Shown one piece after another: positions 1 through 11,852 of a DNA stretch of 64,000 nucleotides; the first letter of the stretch is position 1; every line of letters starts with the position of its first letter. The DNA is taken from positions 112,468,001 to 112,532,000 of the forward strand of contig OX597820.1 in the NCBI GenBank assembly GCA_951406725.2. The letters are read 5' to 3'. The translations under genes and the position numbers were made by a program. The DNA is from Octopus vulgaris. Lineage: Eukaryota. The notes under the pieces were generated by a model, which saw only the letters and a program-made list of their open reading frames with translations, made no database searches and was not told the DNA's origin.

Positions 1-869
1 ATGGATCCTTCTATCTACTACATATTACTAATATTTTGTTTAAACAACCCAAGGGGAATAACCCATACCACCTGCAGATTTTAGCGAAGTGATAAGCTGA
101 CCTAATTCTGCATTTCACTACTCACAGTTTTGAACTACTTAACATTATTATTGCATTTCCTTAATTTGAATCTTAAACATTAAAGACTTCATTCATACAT
201 TTCTATACATACTTTTTTGAATGCCCATTATTCCGATGATTCTGTATTTTTACAGTTACACTTTTTCCATGACAGTTGATAAATTTTTTATTCCACAACG
301 TTTTTGTAGTGTCTTCATGAAGGCATAGTGTGGATTTGATTCTTGCTTGCTAAATTTCACTTAACACTTCAAAAGTGCTTTTCTCGCAGTAAAACAATAG
401 TTTTTTCTGTGAATGGCAGCAGTTATACATTTCCCAGATGCCTTCACAAAGCAGATTAATGTCTTTGCCTCTTGCCAACCTCCGACAACCTCTCTCACCA
501 ACCTCCTACAATCTCTCCCTCTTCTCCAGCTGACAGTTTTTTGTACTTTTTCACAACGGAAAATACTCCTTTTGTGGCAGTTCTAATGAAATTGCTTTCT
601 TATATCAGAGTAATAAAGCATTTCAATAGAACATTGTAACCCCCAGGAACTACCAAGTACACTAGCTAGTATATATATATATATACACACACACACATAC
701 ACCTTGTATAAATGCGTATCTACAAAGAATACATAAGCATATGTATATCTAATAAATGATTCATTACATTTACTGTTACTGATCAACACTGATGTTAATT
801 ATCTACCAACAAAACATCTTTTAGGAAACGTATCCTATTTGAACAGTTGACTCCCTCACCAACTTTACT

Positions 870-1034
870 TCAGGTTAACAGACAGACATCCTCTCCCCCA
901 TTTATTTTAGCACTACTAAAACAGCCTCTGCTTCTTTCAGCCAGAATGCTGAAAATCCACTTCATATCCAGAAAATGCTCCTCCTCCTCCTCATTGTAAC
1001 AGCCATTGCTGCTGCCACCACAGCTGCGATTTTT
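870..1034 (-). CDS. ARNTL: Candidate terminal exon of BMAL1/cycle (reading frame uncertain)
   Basis: Acceptor ttag after a ~95-nt (CT)n tract. The phase-0 frame is open to TGA at 870-872 (KNRSCGGSSNGCYNEEEEEH...). Another frame gives AAAMAVTM (stop 962-964) and the third gives VDFQHSG (stop 937-939), resembling BMAL1 EAAMAVIMS...[10 protein letters not shown]. Confidence 0.4.
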   Translation of the reverse strand, partial: KNRSCGGSSNGCYNEEEEEHFLDMKWIFSILAERSRGCFSSAKINGGEDVCLLT

Positions 1035-1041
1035 CTAAGTT

Positions 1042-1082
<41 letters not shown>

Positions 1083-1087
1083 AGAAG

Positions 1088-1123
<36 letters not shown>

Positions 1124-2192
1124 GAGAGGGAGAAAGAATCAGTATACAAGAAAAAACAGTAGTTCAGTTAGTGTAGTGTTAGTATATCTAATGAGTGGAC
1201 ATTAAAAAAAATCAGCTAGAAATAATTAGACAATAAAGAAAAAACATTACTAGCCAATGACTATTAATTTTTGAAATTATTTCAGTAATCAAAGACATGT
1301 TTAGGTTTTAGTAGACCTCCTTAGTGAAGCATCAACCTCATCATACATGTTGAAATTGTGATGAGGGAATCACTAGATAAATGTACAGTACTGGCTGGTG
1401 GAGAAAATTACAATGATTTAGAGAATAAATTATTGAGATACCTTCTACTTTAAAAGCATTTGTTAAATTAGTGTTAATGAAGTGGGCATTGAGAAAATAA
1501 GTATGCTTAATTGAAGTGCTGTGTAATCTAGCTGGCAAGCATTAGTCAATTGACACTTAACACTCTAACCTCTTTTAATGTCCTAATATCAACAACAACA
1601 ACAACATTAGCAACAACAATAAACTGTTTGAACAAATGAGGGAGCCTCTTCATAGTCATTCACCTTGCTAGTAATAGCAACCAAAATGTATGTATGTACA
1701 GAAATGTATATGTGTGTGGATTTCTGTATCTGTATTTAGGTAAAAACTTATGTTAGGTCACTCTTGAGTGCTACAGGTAATACGCAGTACAATTTGTTGC
1801 ATGGTTGGATCAACAGTGACCAAACTGGCAACCCCACCAAGCCTGCTTGGTGAGGAGGGGTACTTTTGGATGCCCTGCATAATAAAACAAGACCAGTTAC
1901 AGATCAGATGAAGCTTTCAAATCTCTGCCGACCTGTTGGTGTCCTTTGGTGAGAAAAGCATAAGAATCATCACTATGAGATCAAAACCTACAGTCAATGA
2001 AGCTACCAGTCATCTCTTTATGTTTGTCACTAGATTCCAGTTACTGATGCTTAGAAAGTAGAATGCGTATTGTGCAAGCGTATGTCATTTTAATCTAATG
2101 ATGTAGAGATGTTCCATTCCATCTGGTTCATCTAATTTCTCTGTTAAAGTCCTGTGGTGATGAAAGAGTAGCAATGTATGCAGACTTTTGTC

Positions 2193-2588
2193 GAGTGGCT
2201 GTGTGGTAAGTAGCTTGCTTACGAACCACATGGTTCCAGGTTCAGTCCCACTGCGTGGCACATTGGGCAAGTGTCTTCTGCTATAGCCTCGGGCCGACCA
2301 AAGCCTTGTGAGTGGATTTGGTAGACAGAAACTGAAAAAAGCCCATCATATATATGTATATATATATGTTTGTGTGTGTGTGTGTCTGTGTTTGTCCCCC
2401 AAATATCGCTTGACAACCGATGGTGGTGTGTTTACGCTCCGGTAACTTAGCGGTTGGCAAAAGAGAATGATAGAATAAGTACTAGGCTTCCAAAGAATAA
2501 GTCCTGGGGGTCGATTTGGTCGACTAAAGGCGGTGCTCCAGCATGGCCACAGTCAAATGACTGAAACAAGTAAAAGAGTTAAAAGAGT
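2193..2588 (+). mobile_element. tRNA-derived octopus-type SINE; further copies near 4386-4760, 53851-54252 (-) and many partial ones
   Basis: A-box GTGGCTGTGTGGTAAG, B-box-like GGTTCAGTCCC, internal microsatellite, tail GACTGAAACAAGTAAAAGAG. Confidence 0.85.
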
Positions 2589-3392
2589 ATATATTACAAA
2601 TCACCTGCTGCTCTGAAATGACTCTTGGAGTCATTTCAGAACACACAAAAGTAATGAGAATAACGAGGATGACAGAGATGGAGAAAGGCAGCTGTTATCT
2701 GTCAAGATGAAGTGATCATCATTTATATTAACCATTGTAAAGTTATATCCATTTGAGCCAATTCCATTGAATTTAAATGCATAAAAACAGTAGTGTGTGT
2801 GTGTATGTGTGTGAGTGCATATTTATGTAAACTGGTGTCAAATTTTGTCTTTTCATATCAAATTTGATTGAATCAAGATTGGAAAAAAATAGTAGAGGCA
2901 TTCCTACTATTTCTCCTGGAATTCTCCTCCATTCACATGTGCAACCACCATGTTTTCTCAGTATTTCTTTTTTCATACAACTATTATCGAGTGACAGATC
3001 TGAGCTGATATAATGACTGACAACATACTTTGAAAATAAATGAATGAACGAATGCACTGACAATAGGAATTAATTATATCTGTGCTGCAATCACCTTACC
3101 ACCCACCCACCACAGTAAGGTAAAAATAGTATAATTATAAAAATAAAAGGTACACCTTATTATATCTCAAATCATACACTAGTACCCTATAAAATATATA
3201 TTTTAAGTAATACAAGTCTAAATATACCTAACTGATGAGAAGGTAATGGCTGGGACTACTTTGTATTTTTGCATCAGTAATGTATTGGAATTAAACAGCA
3301 TCAACAGCGACAACAACAATAACAATAACCATTTGTTGCAACAACTAGGAACATCAAGAGCAACAAAGATGACAACAAAAGTAACAACTTAC

Positions 3393-3456
3393 TTGTACCT
3401 GTATGGATGAAGGTCCAGGAACGCTGCTGCTGTCTGCAGTAAATGCTAACCTGTTA
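3393..3456 (-). CDS. ARNTL: Probable BMAL1/cycle exon, Ser-rich C-terminal region
   Basis: Pyrimidine tract plus ttcag acceptor, gtaagt donor, 64 nt, phase 2 to 0 fits the upstream exon; (S)NRLAFTADSSSVPGPSSIQVQ. Confidence 0.7.
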
Positions 3457-3887
3457 CTGAAGAGAAAGGAAAAGAATCTTTGATTAGATATTTACAGCAT
3501 GAACATTTTGGTTAATCTTTTGAAATTTAGCCGGTTTTTTATCCTTTTATTTACATATGACTAGAGAACCCTTTGCCTGCTGTTCACAGTACAACACATT
3601 AGCAAACATCGTGATAGAACAAACACAATTGAACAATATAAAGGTCAGCTTAGGTCAATTTGAATGTCCAATTATTTTTCTTCTATCTCAATGCATGGTT
3701 GTTTTATGGTTTTATTTAACAGAATTTCATTGTCAGTGTATAGCACATCATTTGATCCATTTACTTAATTTTTGTATTTAGGAATGGTCATTTTGCCAGT
3801 TTAGCCGATAAGAACACACACACTATATATTTGGTATTATTTTGCTTCAGCATTATTTATTTTTTACATTAATCTTAATCTTATTTC

Positions 3888-3932
3888 GGCCAGAGTTCTT
3901 TCGTCACACTCCTGTGACCTCATCAGTGGTCC
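3888..3932 (-). ncRNA. Minimal type-I hammerhead ribozyme motif, family A
   Basis: GGACCA CUGAUGA G [GUCACA-GGAG-UGUGAC] GAAA GAAC UC^ UGGCC: core boxes, 6-bp stem II, short stems I and III. Confidence 0.75.
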
Positions 3933-4026
3933 TTTGCTTTCTTCTTTATTTGTGTGTCTCTCCTTACTAACATTTGATAAAATGGCTGACCACTAGTAAG
4001 GAGAGACACACAAATAAGAAAGCAAA

Positions 4027-4071
4027 GGTCCACTGATGAGGTCACAGGAGTGTGACGAAAGAACTCTGACC
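4027..4071 (+). ncRNA. Minimal type-I hammerhead ribozyme motif, family A
   Basis: GGUCCA CUGAUGA G GUCACA GGAG UGUGAC GAAA GAACUC UGACC. Confidence 0.7.
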
Positions 4072-7000
4072 GAAATAAGATTAAGATTAATGTAAAAAAT
4101 GAATAACGCTGAAGCAAAGTAACACCAAATATATAGTGCGTGTGTTTTTATTGGCTAAACTAGCAAAATGACCATCCCTAAATACAACAATATCTGTTTC
4201 AACACACGATTTCACATCAAAAATCTTGCAAAACAAATATATATACTTAATTTTTATTTTTTATATTTTATCTTTCATTTTTATTTTAATGAATTCTACA
4301 TCATTAACCAGTTCCTCTTGTAGAAAAGTAACATACTACAACTACTAAAATGTATCTTAACAGAAATAAATGGAGATGTAGGTGTAGGAGTGGCTGTGTG
4401 GTTCATAAGCTTGCTTATGAACCACATGGTTCCGGGTTCAGTCCCACTGCATGGCACCTTGGGCAAGTGTCTTCTGCTATAGCCTTGGGCTGACCAAAGC
4501 CTTGTGAGTGAATTTGGTAGATGGAAGCTGAAAGAAGCCTGTCATATATATGTGTGTGTGTATATATCTATATATATATATGTATGTATGTGTGTCTGTT
4601 TTTGTCCCCCCAACATCGCTTGACAACCAATGCTAGTGTGTTTACATCCCCATAACTTAGCAGTTCCATAAAAGAGACCAATAGAATAAGTACTGGGGTC
4701 GATTTGCTTGACTAAAGGCGGTGCTCCAGCATGGCCACAGTCAAATGACAAGTAAAAAAGTATTAAAAAATGCAGTACCTTTTGACAAGTCACCTGATGA
4801 GATACAGCTGCACATTCAATGCACAACAACTGTTTGTATAGAATCTCACTCAAGAAGCACCAATGCAGACAATTTTTAACGCAATGGCTGCATGCCCCTT
4901 ATGAAAAAGGACACTGAATAGTTATGAAATATTGATAGTGTTACAGTGCCTCCTTTGAACAAGCTGTAGTAACTGACTTTCTATTCCATTCTTTGTATTT
5001 AACCTGACTAACACATAATAAGCCAAGTTTGTTGTTTTTAAACTGGAGTTGTATAGCATGTTACCTTACTGGAATGTTCTGTCTAATCTTGATGTAGGAC
5101 AAAGTGTATTTAATGCACTGATTAACAAACTTTATCAATCAATTAATGAGTTACTTGTATTTTCTATATAAGCCTTATTTATGATAGAGAAACTACTTTT
5201 ATCAAGGTTCCTTGACTGATCCTATATCATTGTTATTATTATTATTAAAGCAGTGAGTTGGCAGAAGCATCAGCATGCTAGGCAAAATGCTTAATGGAAT
5301 TTCTTCCATCTTCATGCTCTGAGTTCAAAGTCGACTTTGCCTTGCATCCTTTCAGGGTCGATGAAATAAGTACCAGTTGAGTACTGGGGCCGATATAATT
5401 GACTTAACCCCTCCCCAAAATTGCTGGACTTATACCAAAATCTGAAATCATCATCATTATTATTATTATTAATATACCATTGTGTGTGTGCATGCATTAG
5501 CCTGCTACCTGTTATTCTCCGGTAACAATTTGTCATGCAAATGCCCAACCAGATTCTGACTGCAAACTACCACAGAGAAAGAAGACCTAAACAAAAACCT
5601 TCACAAGAACCACATCCATTGATAGAATAATCTATCTGGTATGAAATTTGAAATCATAGAAAAGAAGCCATCAAAAGTATTGCAGCAAGTCTTACTGGCT
5701 TCTATGAGAAGTGTGGTGGTCTTGCACTACAAATGTGATTGACTTTTATGAGTGCAGTTGGTATTTTTTTCTGGGATTTCTTTCTTTCTAAAAGTTTAAA
5801 ATTTGCTTTCAAGTTACTCCAAAGCCAAATAAATAAGGTATGAAAGAAATACTAAAATGTAGAAAATATATTCTCATTAAAATGAAAATCCTGGCAAGCT
5901 TGCCAAAAATGTTAATTTTCTTTCAAGTTTTCCCAAATGACTTTAAGCTTAGCTCAAAAGAATGACAGACTGACTTGAAATTCCAGGGTCACCTGCCTTA
6001 CAAATGTACATAACACACACATGCACCTTTTATATATGTGTGTGTGGGGTGGGGGTGGCGTGTGTGTGTGCACGCACGCGTGTGTGATACAAGTGTCACA
6101 ACAAATATATTTATACTAATTATAGTTACACAAAGACTTGATTCTACATACACTTTTCTTTTTCATGTTACCGATAGGACCTGAATTTATGCAGGTTTGT
6201 CAAAATGTTATTTTTGTTTCTCACTGAAGAGAAATATTTTAAAAGCATTAAAATAATTTAACTGCCTCCAGAATTTTTCTTTTTATATATTTTCTTTTAG
6301 TAGACATTTTTTTTTTCTGTTCTCTCTCTCTCTTTTTGCTCTTTAATAAAACTAATCAGTTTACCCAAGAATAGTACAACCATAGCTACTGCTTTTCAAT
6401 TTTTTTTCAACATTTTCCAAAAAACATTACTCACTGAATACATACATCACTGGCAATCTTAAGTAACTTGACTTTTCTTACTGATTTTTTTTCCATGAAA
6501 ATTTTGATGAGTCCTTCATTTTCGAGCATTTGTCAAAGCTTAACTGTTATTACCTTCACATCCCCACCCCACCTTTGTCTTCATCTCTATTGTTATGTAT
6601 CTGATGCTGTACTATTTCAATAACCCTATATTCATCCTAGACCAGCTTCCCATCAAACTGTCAGTCTTCTTAAATATCATGACTCACATGGCCACTGAAA
6701 TGGATCACATGACCCAGCAAATACATCAAACTTGGCAAAACAGGAATATGAAATTGCTCAGCAGAACTGAACAAAGAACCATTGTAATCTTCTTAGCCCC
6801 ACAACCATTCTTTCTTTGTTCCTAGCTGACTGCCAACTATACACTCAAACCATGGCTTATATCACTTTTCTGGTAAACATTCAGGAAATAGATTCAGTGT
6901 CAGTTAACCAGTGAAGTGCTTCATTGTTTATCTGTCCCCAGTTGGTAATGAGATGAACTTGAAAGATCACAAAACCCTCTATGTAAATTCTCTGACCTAA

Positions 7001-8985
7001 GCGTCAGTTATTCATATTATGATTATTGCTCATCACATGTCCTATTTCTTTGAAATGTTCCCCACCTTCCCTTTTTTATGTGGCTTTTAAGAAAAGTGTT
7101 TTTTATTATATGCTTTGATCTAACTGGCATACATTTTAGTGTAAAGTTATCATAAGCAAATGTGTGCTGCTCACTTTTCCATATTCACAAATACAAATGT
7201 TCAGGTTAATGTGAGGTTATTTCAGAATGAAAATACTTGTTAAATATATAGGTAACTGGCAGAGATGTCCAAGCATCATCTGGAATGATTTGTGGTTATT
7301 CATTCCAGCTTTCTATACTCTGAGTTTAAATCCTGCTGGAGTTAACTTTGCCTTTTATGTTTCAGATTTGATAAATAAAGTATCAGTCAAAATGTCTGAA
7401 TTGTTAAAACATTAAACAAGAATTCAAATTCCACCTAGGTACTGGTGGCCAAGGTTAATCATGAGAACACCTCATCCAACCCACCAACTGAATAATATGA
7501 ACAAGTAGGCCTCCAAGCAGCACATATAAACAGGAAACATCATACTGAAGCTTCACCCAGCAGTAGTTGACAACAACTGAATAAAATACAAGTTTCAGAA
7601 ATGTTTTACCTCGTTTTCTATTGACTAAAATTTCTCCTTTCTCTTTTTGAGTAACTTTCTTTAGCTAACAGGGTACATATTCCTTATGTATGTATATTTG
7701 ATTTTTTTTTTTTTAGTTTTATTTCAGTTCTTCCCGAGAGAGTTCAAGCCAGTCACTAAAAAAGTGACAAGACTTTTGGAATTAAGAGAATTCCTGGTGT
7801 TTGTAAATATGAGGTTGAGCTGGTGTGTTGGTTAAACTTTCAATACACACACACAAGTGTGTGCATCTATACACATAGCAATCTCAGATGGAGAATTTTG
7901 GCATGTCTTACAAATCTTCACTGTGGCACTAATAGATTGGATTTGGAGAATTAGCATCAGTTTCTTTTGCACTTTCTCTATGAAACCAAGTATTTCTGGG
8001 TTCTTGTGCAAATTTGTGGGTACATAACCTGATGCACCTATGATGATGATGACGATGATGTATGTATGTATTTGTGTGTGTGTGTATGTAGATAATACCT
8101 ACTGCCTATGTATATGAGAGTAGATGTACCTTACATACATGCATGTATATAGAGAGAACATACAGATACATACCATTAAAACACTAACATGTATACACAT
8201 ATCAAAAATAGTAGGTTGATCATTGAGCTGGTTTAAATACTGAGCTATTTCTACTTTTTAAAAAATCTCTGAAGTTAATGTCACTAAAGTTAGCGATGGA
8301 GGTCAGTTATTTGTAAATTCTGGTTTCAGATTCTGATTGGAAACTCAAGAGAAATGAATTACAGTATGTTGTGACAGCACTGTAAAATTATGAAGTGTTT
8401 TGTAGGTTTGAAGTGGAAGGTTTGACTCATTCTCAGGCCTGGAGAATGTAACATGAAAGAGAAACAAAGTCAGTCTTTAGTTTCAGATCAGTATCTTTCC
8501 GTTATCCTGGTTTCCCTGGCCCAAATCTGAAGATTGGTTCTAATTATAGGCTTCCATGTAATGCTGCTGTGAAACTCGTCACACACAGGTATTTATTTAC
8601 TCATGGGATAGCTTACTTTACTGTAATATAAACTATCAATAAAATTGGTAAAATAAATCATACAAACGTCTTAATATATGAGTCATTGCATATCTGACAT
8701 GTATTTAGGCATCTTTGTGTTTGTATCACTTTGTCAAGATTCAGACAAAAAAAATTTAAGTACGAAAGAGCCCCTTTTTCTTGGAGACATTCTTTAAATA
8801 TTATTGTTACAACTACAATTAAAAGAAAGCATGCCTACATTTCAATACTATTTTAAAGACTTTAATAGCATTATCTAAAATAAAACGAGGATGAAAATAC
8901 CTGAATGTTTAAAAAATCTTAAGATGAATGATATGTATGTGCATGATGGGCATGCAATTTAAAGTGGCGATAACAATATATACAC

Positions 8986-9047
<62 letters not shown>

Positions 9048-10833
9048 AGGATATGCTATCTATCTGTGTGAGTGTGTAATTTCTGTTGGGAGGCGGAAAC
9101 TGTGACCATGACTTTCGTAGTTCTGTGATTCGCGAAACTAATGACGTTAATGTTCTGATTGAATGAGTCCACATGTTCATGGAGGATCTTTCGATCTACA
9201 GCTGATGTTCACACCACATGTTTTCGGACGATTTACCTCCCTTGAATCGGTTCCCTCGCTCCATTCTCATATTTCGTTACAAGTCGGCACTAAATTCTTG
9301 TGAATCGAACCCGCAATCATTCTCTTTACATCTTTGATACTTTTTTTTTAAAAAGCAAAGAAAAAAAAAAAATTATATCCGCACATACAAGCAGTGCGCC
9401 AGTGTGGAATAAATTATATAACGCAATAAACTATACACGAAAGAAATTAAAGGCCTTCTCCAACCCAGGAGCTCAAAAGTATTCCGAACAACTCAAATCT
9501 AATTTTGGTCTGACAAAGATCGAATGATTGAACTTACAAGTTCCTCTAATATTTTTAGACTCTTTAAAATTTATTTCGTGGAAACACTCTACACTCCCCA
9601 GTGACTGTATTCATGACAAGGTTTCGATTCCCAGTTCTAATTATTTATGTTGCTATTACCCGAGATGAATGTCATTCTTCCATGTGAATCCAAGGTCTTC
9701 TGGCTTACTTCAGAACTTATTATAATTAATGATCTTCAGTAATAGGAAAATAAAGAACTGAATCAAATGCCTTATCTAGTTTGGCATCATATTGTTCTGA
9801 GTTCAAATTCTATTGAGGCATATTTTCAGATTTTTCAGGGAACCAAAAACAATTTGGGGTTTAAACCAGGTCACATATCAATCTACGTTCTATGAATGTG
9901 TGGCTGTGTTCAATAGGTGTGTGTGTGTGTGCTACTTGTGTATTTTCACGTAGACTGACTAGTTTCATCTAGTCTGCTACATTCAGTTTTCGAGTGTAGC
10001 CATATCACTTCATTTTCGTTATAAATATTCTTGAGTGTAACATGAATAATACAAATCTCATTCCCCTATATTCCTATAAATATGTTTTCTATCGCCTGTA
10101 TAGAGAAATCACTCAGAACATCACGCCACCGTGGTAGTCCACCGTTTACACACTTGTATAAAAAGAAAAAGAAGTTTGATAGAAAAGCCAGCGTATTCTT
10201 GGTGTAAAATGGTAAATCCACATATCATAGAGGGGATTATTGTTTGAAAGAAAATGAAATTTTATGATGCTTTACTCAAAAACATTTACAACGTAAGTTA
10301 AATTGTCTTGGAATGGAAATAAAAACCCCAAATTTTGGAGTTACCAAATCTCCAAATAATAATTCATACATTCATTAAATCGCCACCCAAACAATTGTCA
10401 AAATATTCTGCAGTCGAAAGCTGAACTTTTAACGTCAATTTGAAAAGTCATTTTAGAATTATCTCCCTTGACATCATCCCTTCCTTTCTATTCCGAACAT
10501 ATTTACGGTCTTAACTCGTCCCGTCCAGCCTTCGTTATTTTCACTTGCTCTAACCGAGAAAGACTATGCAGGTCAGTATGAGTTCGTCTTACTCAGAGTG
10601 TCTCTCTGTGTAGATGAATACAGGAGTTGTATATGTTTCTGTTATCTAAGGTGTCTTAGATAATCCGGGCAAGGTTGTATGCAGTCGCCCATGCATACCG
10701 GATTTGTGTCTTGGAGGGTAACTTTCTAGGTGCAATCTCATGGTCATTCATATAAATATATGTGTATATCTACACATACATACATGTGAACGCTTGTTTA
10801 CAAAGAAATGTGTATAACTGTATGTAAACCTAC

Positions 10834-10900
10834 CTTATTGTTTCAGTGGCTTCTTCAGCAATTTGTCTTCCTATTCGGCCAGCACCCGTCCGTGTACCTG
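10834..10900 (-). CDS. ARNTL: BMAL1/cycle exon, conserved C-terminal motif
   Basis: 67 nt, phase 1 to 2; (A)GTRTGAGRIGRQIAEEATETI matches BMAL1 GTRAGAGKIGRMIAEEIMEIHR. Confidence 0.92.
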
Positions 10901-11163
10901 CTGTGATAAAAGGTAAAAGGGGAAAACTCATTATGCATATACATAGTGATGATGATGGCAACGATAACGATGCTGCTGTTGCTGATGATGATGTTTGCAA
11001 TATGTTTTTAGTAAAAATATAACCACAATATAAAGTGACAAGTGACAGTAAATATGTTTGTTTGTTGGGTGATTGTTAAGGGCTCTCAGAGGCCATGGAA
11101 ACAATTCCTTTCCTCAGATAAACCAATGAAAAAAATACTGGGTCAGTTATTGTTATGATATAA

Positions 11164-11852
11164 TCATCATCATCATCATCATGCTAGCATGGGTTGGACG
11201 GTTCGACTGGGGTCTGGGAAGCCAGGAGGCTGCACTAGGCCCAGTCTGATCTAGCAGTGTTTCTACAGCTGGATGCCCTTCCTAACGCCAACCACTCCGT
11301 GAGTGTAGTGGGTGCTTTTTACGTGCCACCGGCACAGGTGCCAGGCGAGGCTGACAACGGCCACGATCGGTTGGTGCATTTTACGTGCCACCGGCACGGA
11401 GGCCAGTTGTGGCGGCACTGGCAACGGCCATGTTTGGATGGTTCTTTTATGTGCCACTGGCACTGGTATCACAACTACAATTTCCACTGATTTTTGATCG
11501 ATTTCGATTTCACTTGCCTCAACAGGTCTTTGCAAGCAGAGTTTTGTGTCCCAAGAAGAAAAGGTATGCATAAGTGGACTGGCTACATCCCAGGTAGAGG
11601 CCACGGGTTATGGTCTCACTTGTCCTGCCAGGTCTTCTCACACACAGCATACTTCCAAAGGTCTCGGTCACTAGTCATTGCCTCGGTGAGACCTAATGTA
11701 TGAAGGTCATGCTTCACCACCTCGTCCCAGGTTTCCTGGGTCTACCTCTTCCTCAGGTTCCCTCAACCACTAGGGAGTGGCACTTTTTCACACAACTATC
11801 TTCATCTATTCTCGCCACATGACCATACCAGTGCAATCGTCTTTCTTGCACA
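11164..11852 (-). mobile_element. 3' end of an abundant RTE-like LINE with a (GAT)n tail; further copies near 26553-27127, 34069-34292 (+), 46044-46400, 55727-56120, 57850-58137 (+), 62488-62870
   Basis: Shared CATGCTAGCATGGGTTGGAC...GGATGCCCTTCCTAACGCCAACCACTCC; ORF end [24 protein letters not shown]. Confidence 0.8.

Larger units (their letters stand above)
3772..4240. mobile_element. Fold-back non-autonomous PLE-derived element, family A, two divergent hammerhead motifs
   Basis: ~200-bp inverted arms 3772-3969 and 3994-4187 around a ~24-nt spacer; each arm has CTGATGA-G-GTCACA-GGAG-TGTGAC-GAAA-GAACTC. Confidence 0.85.
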
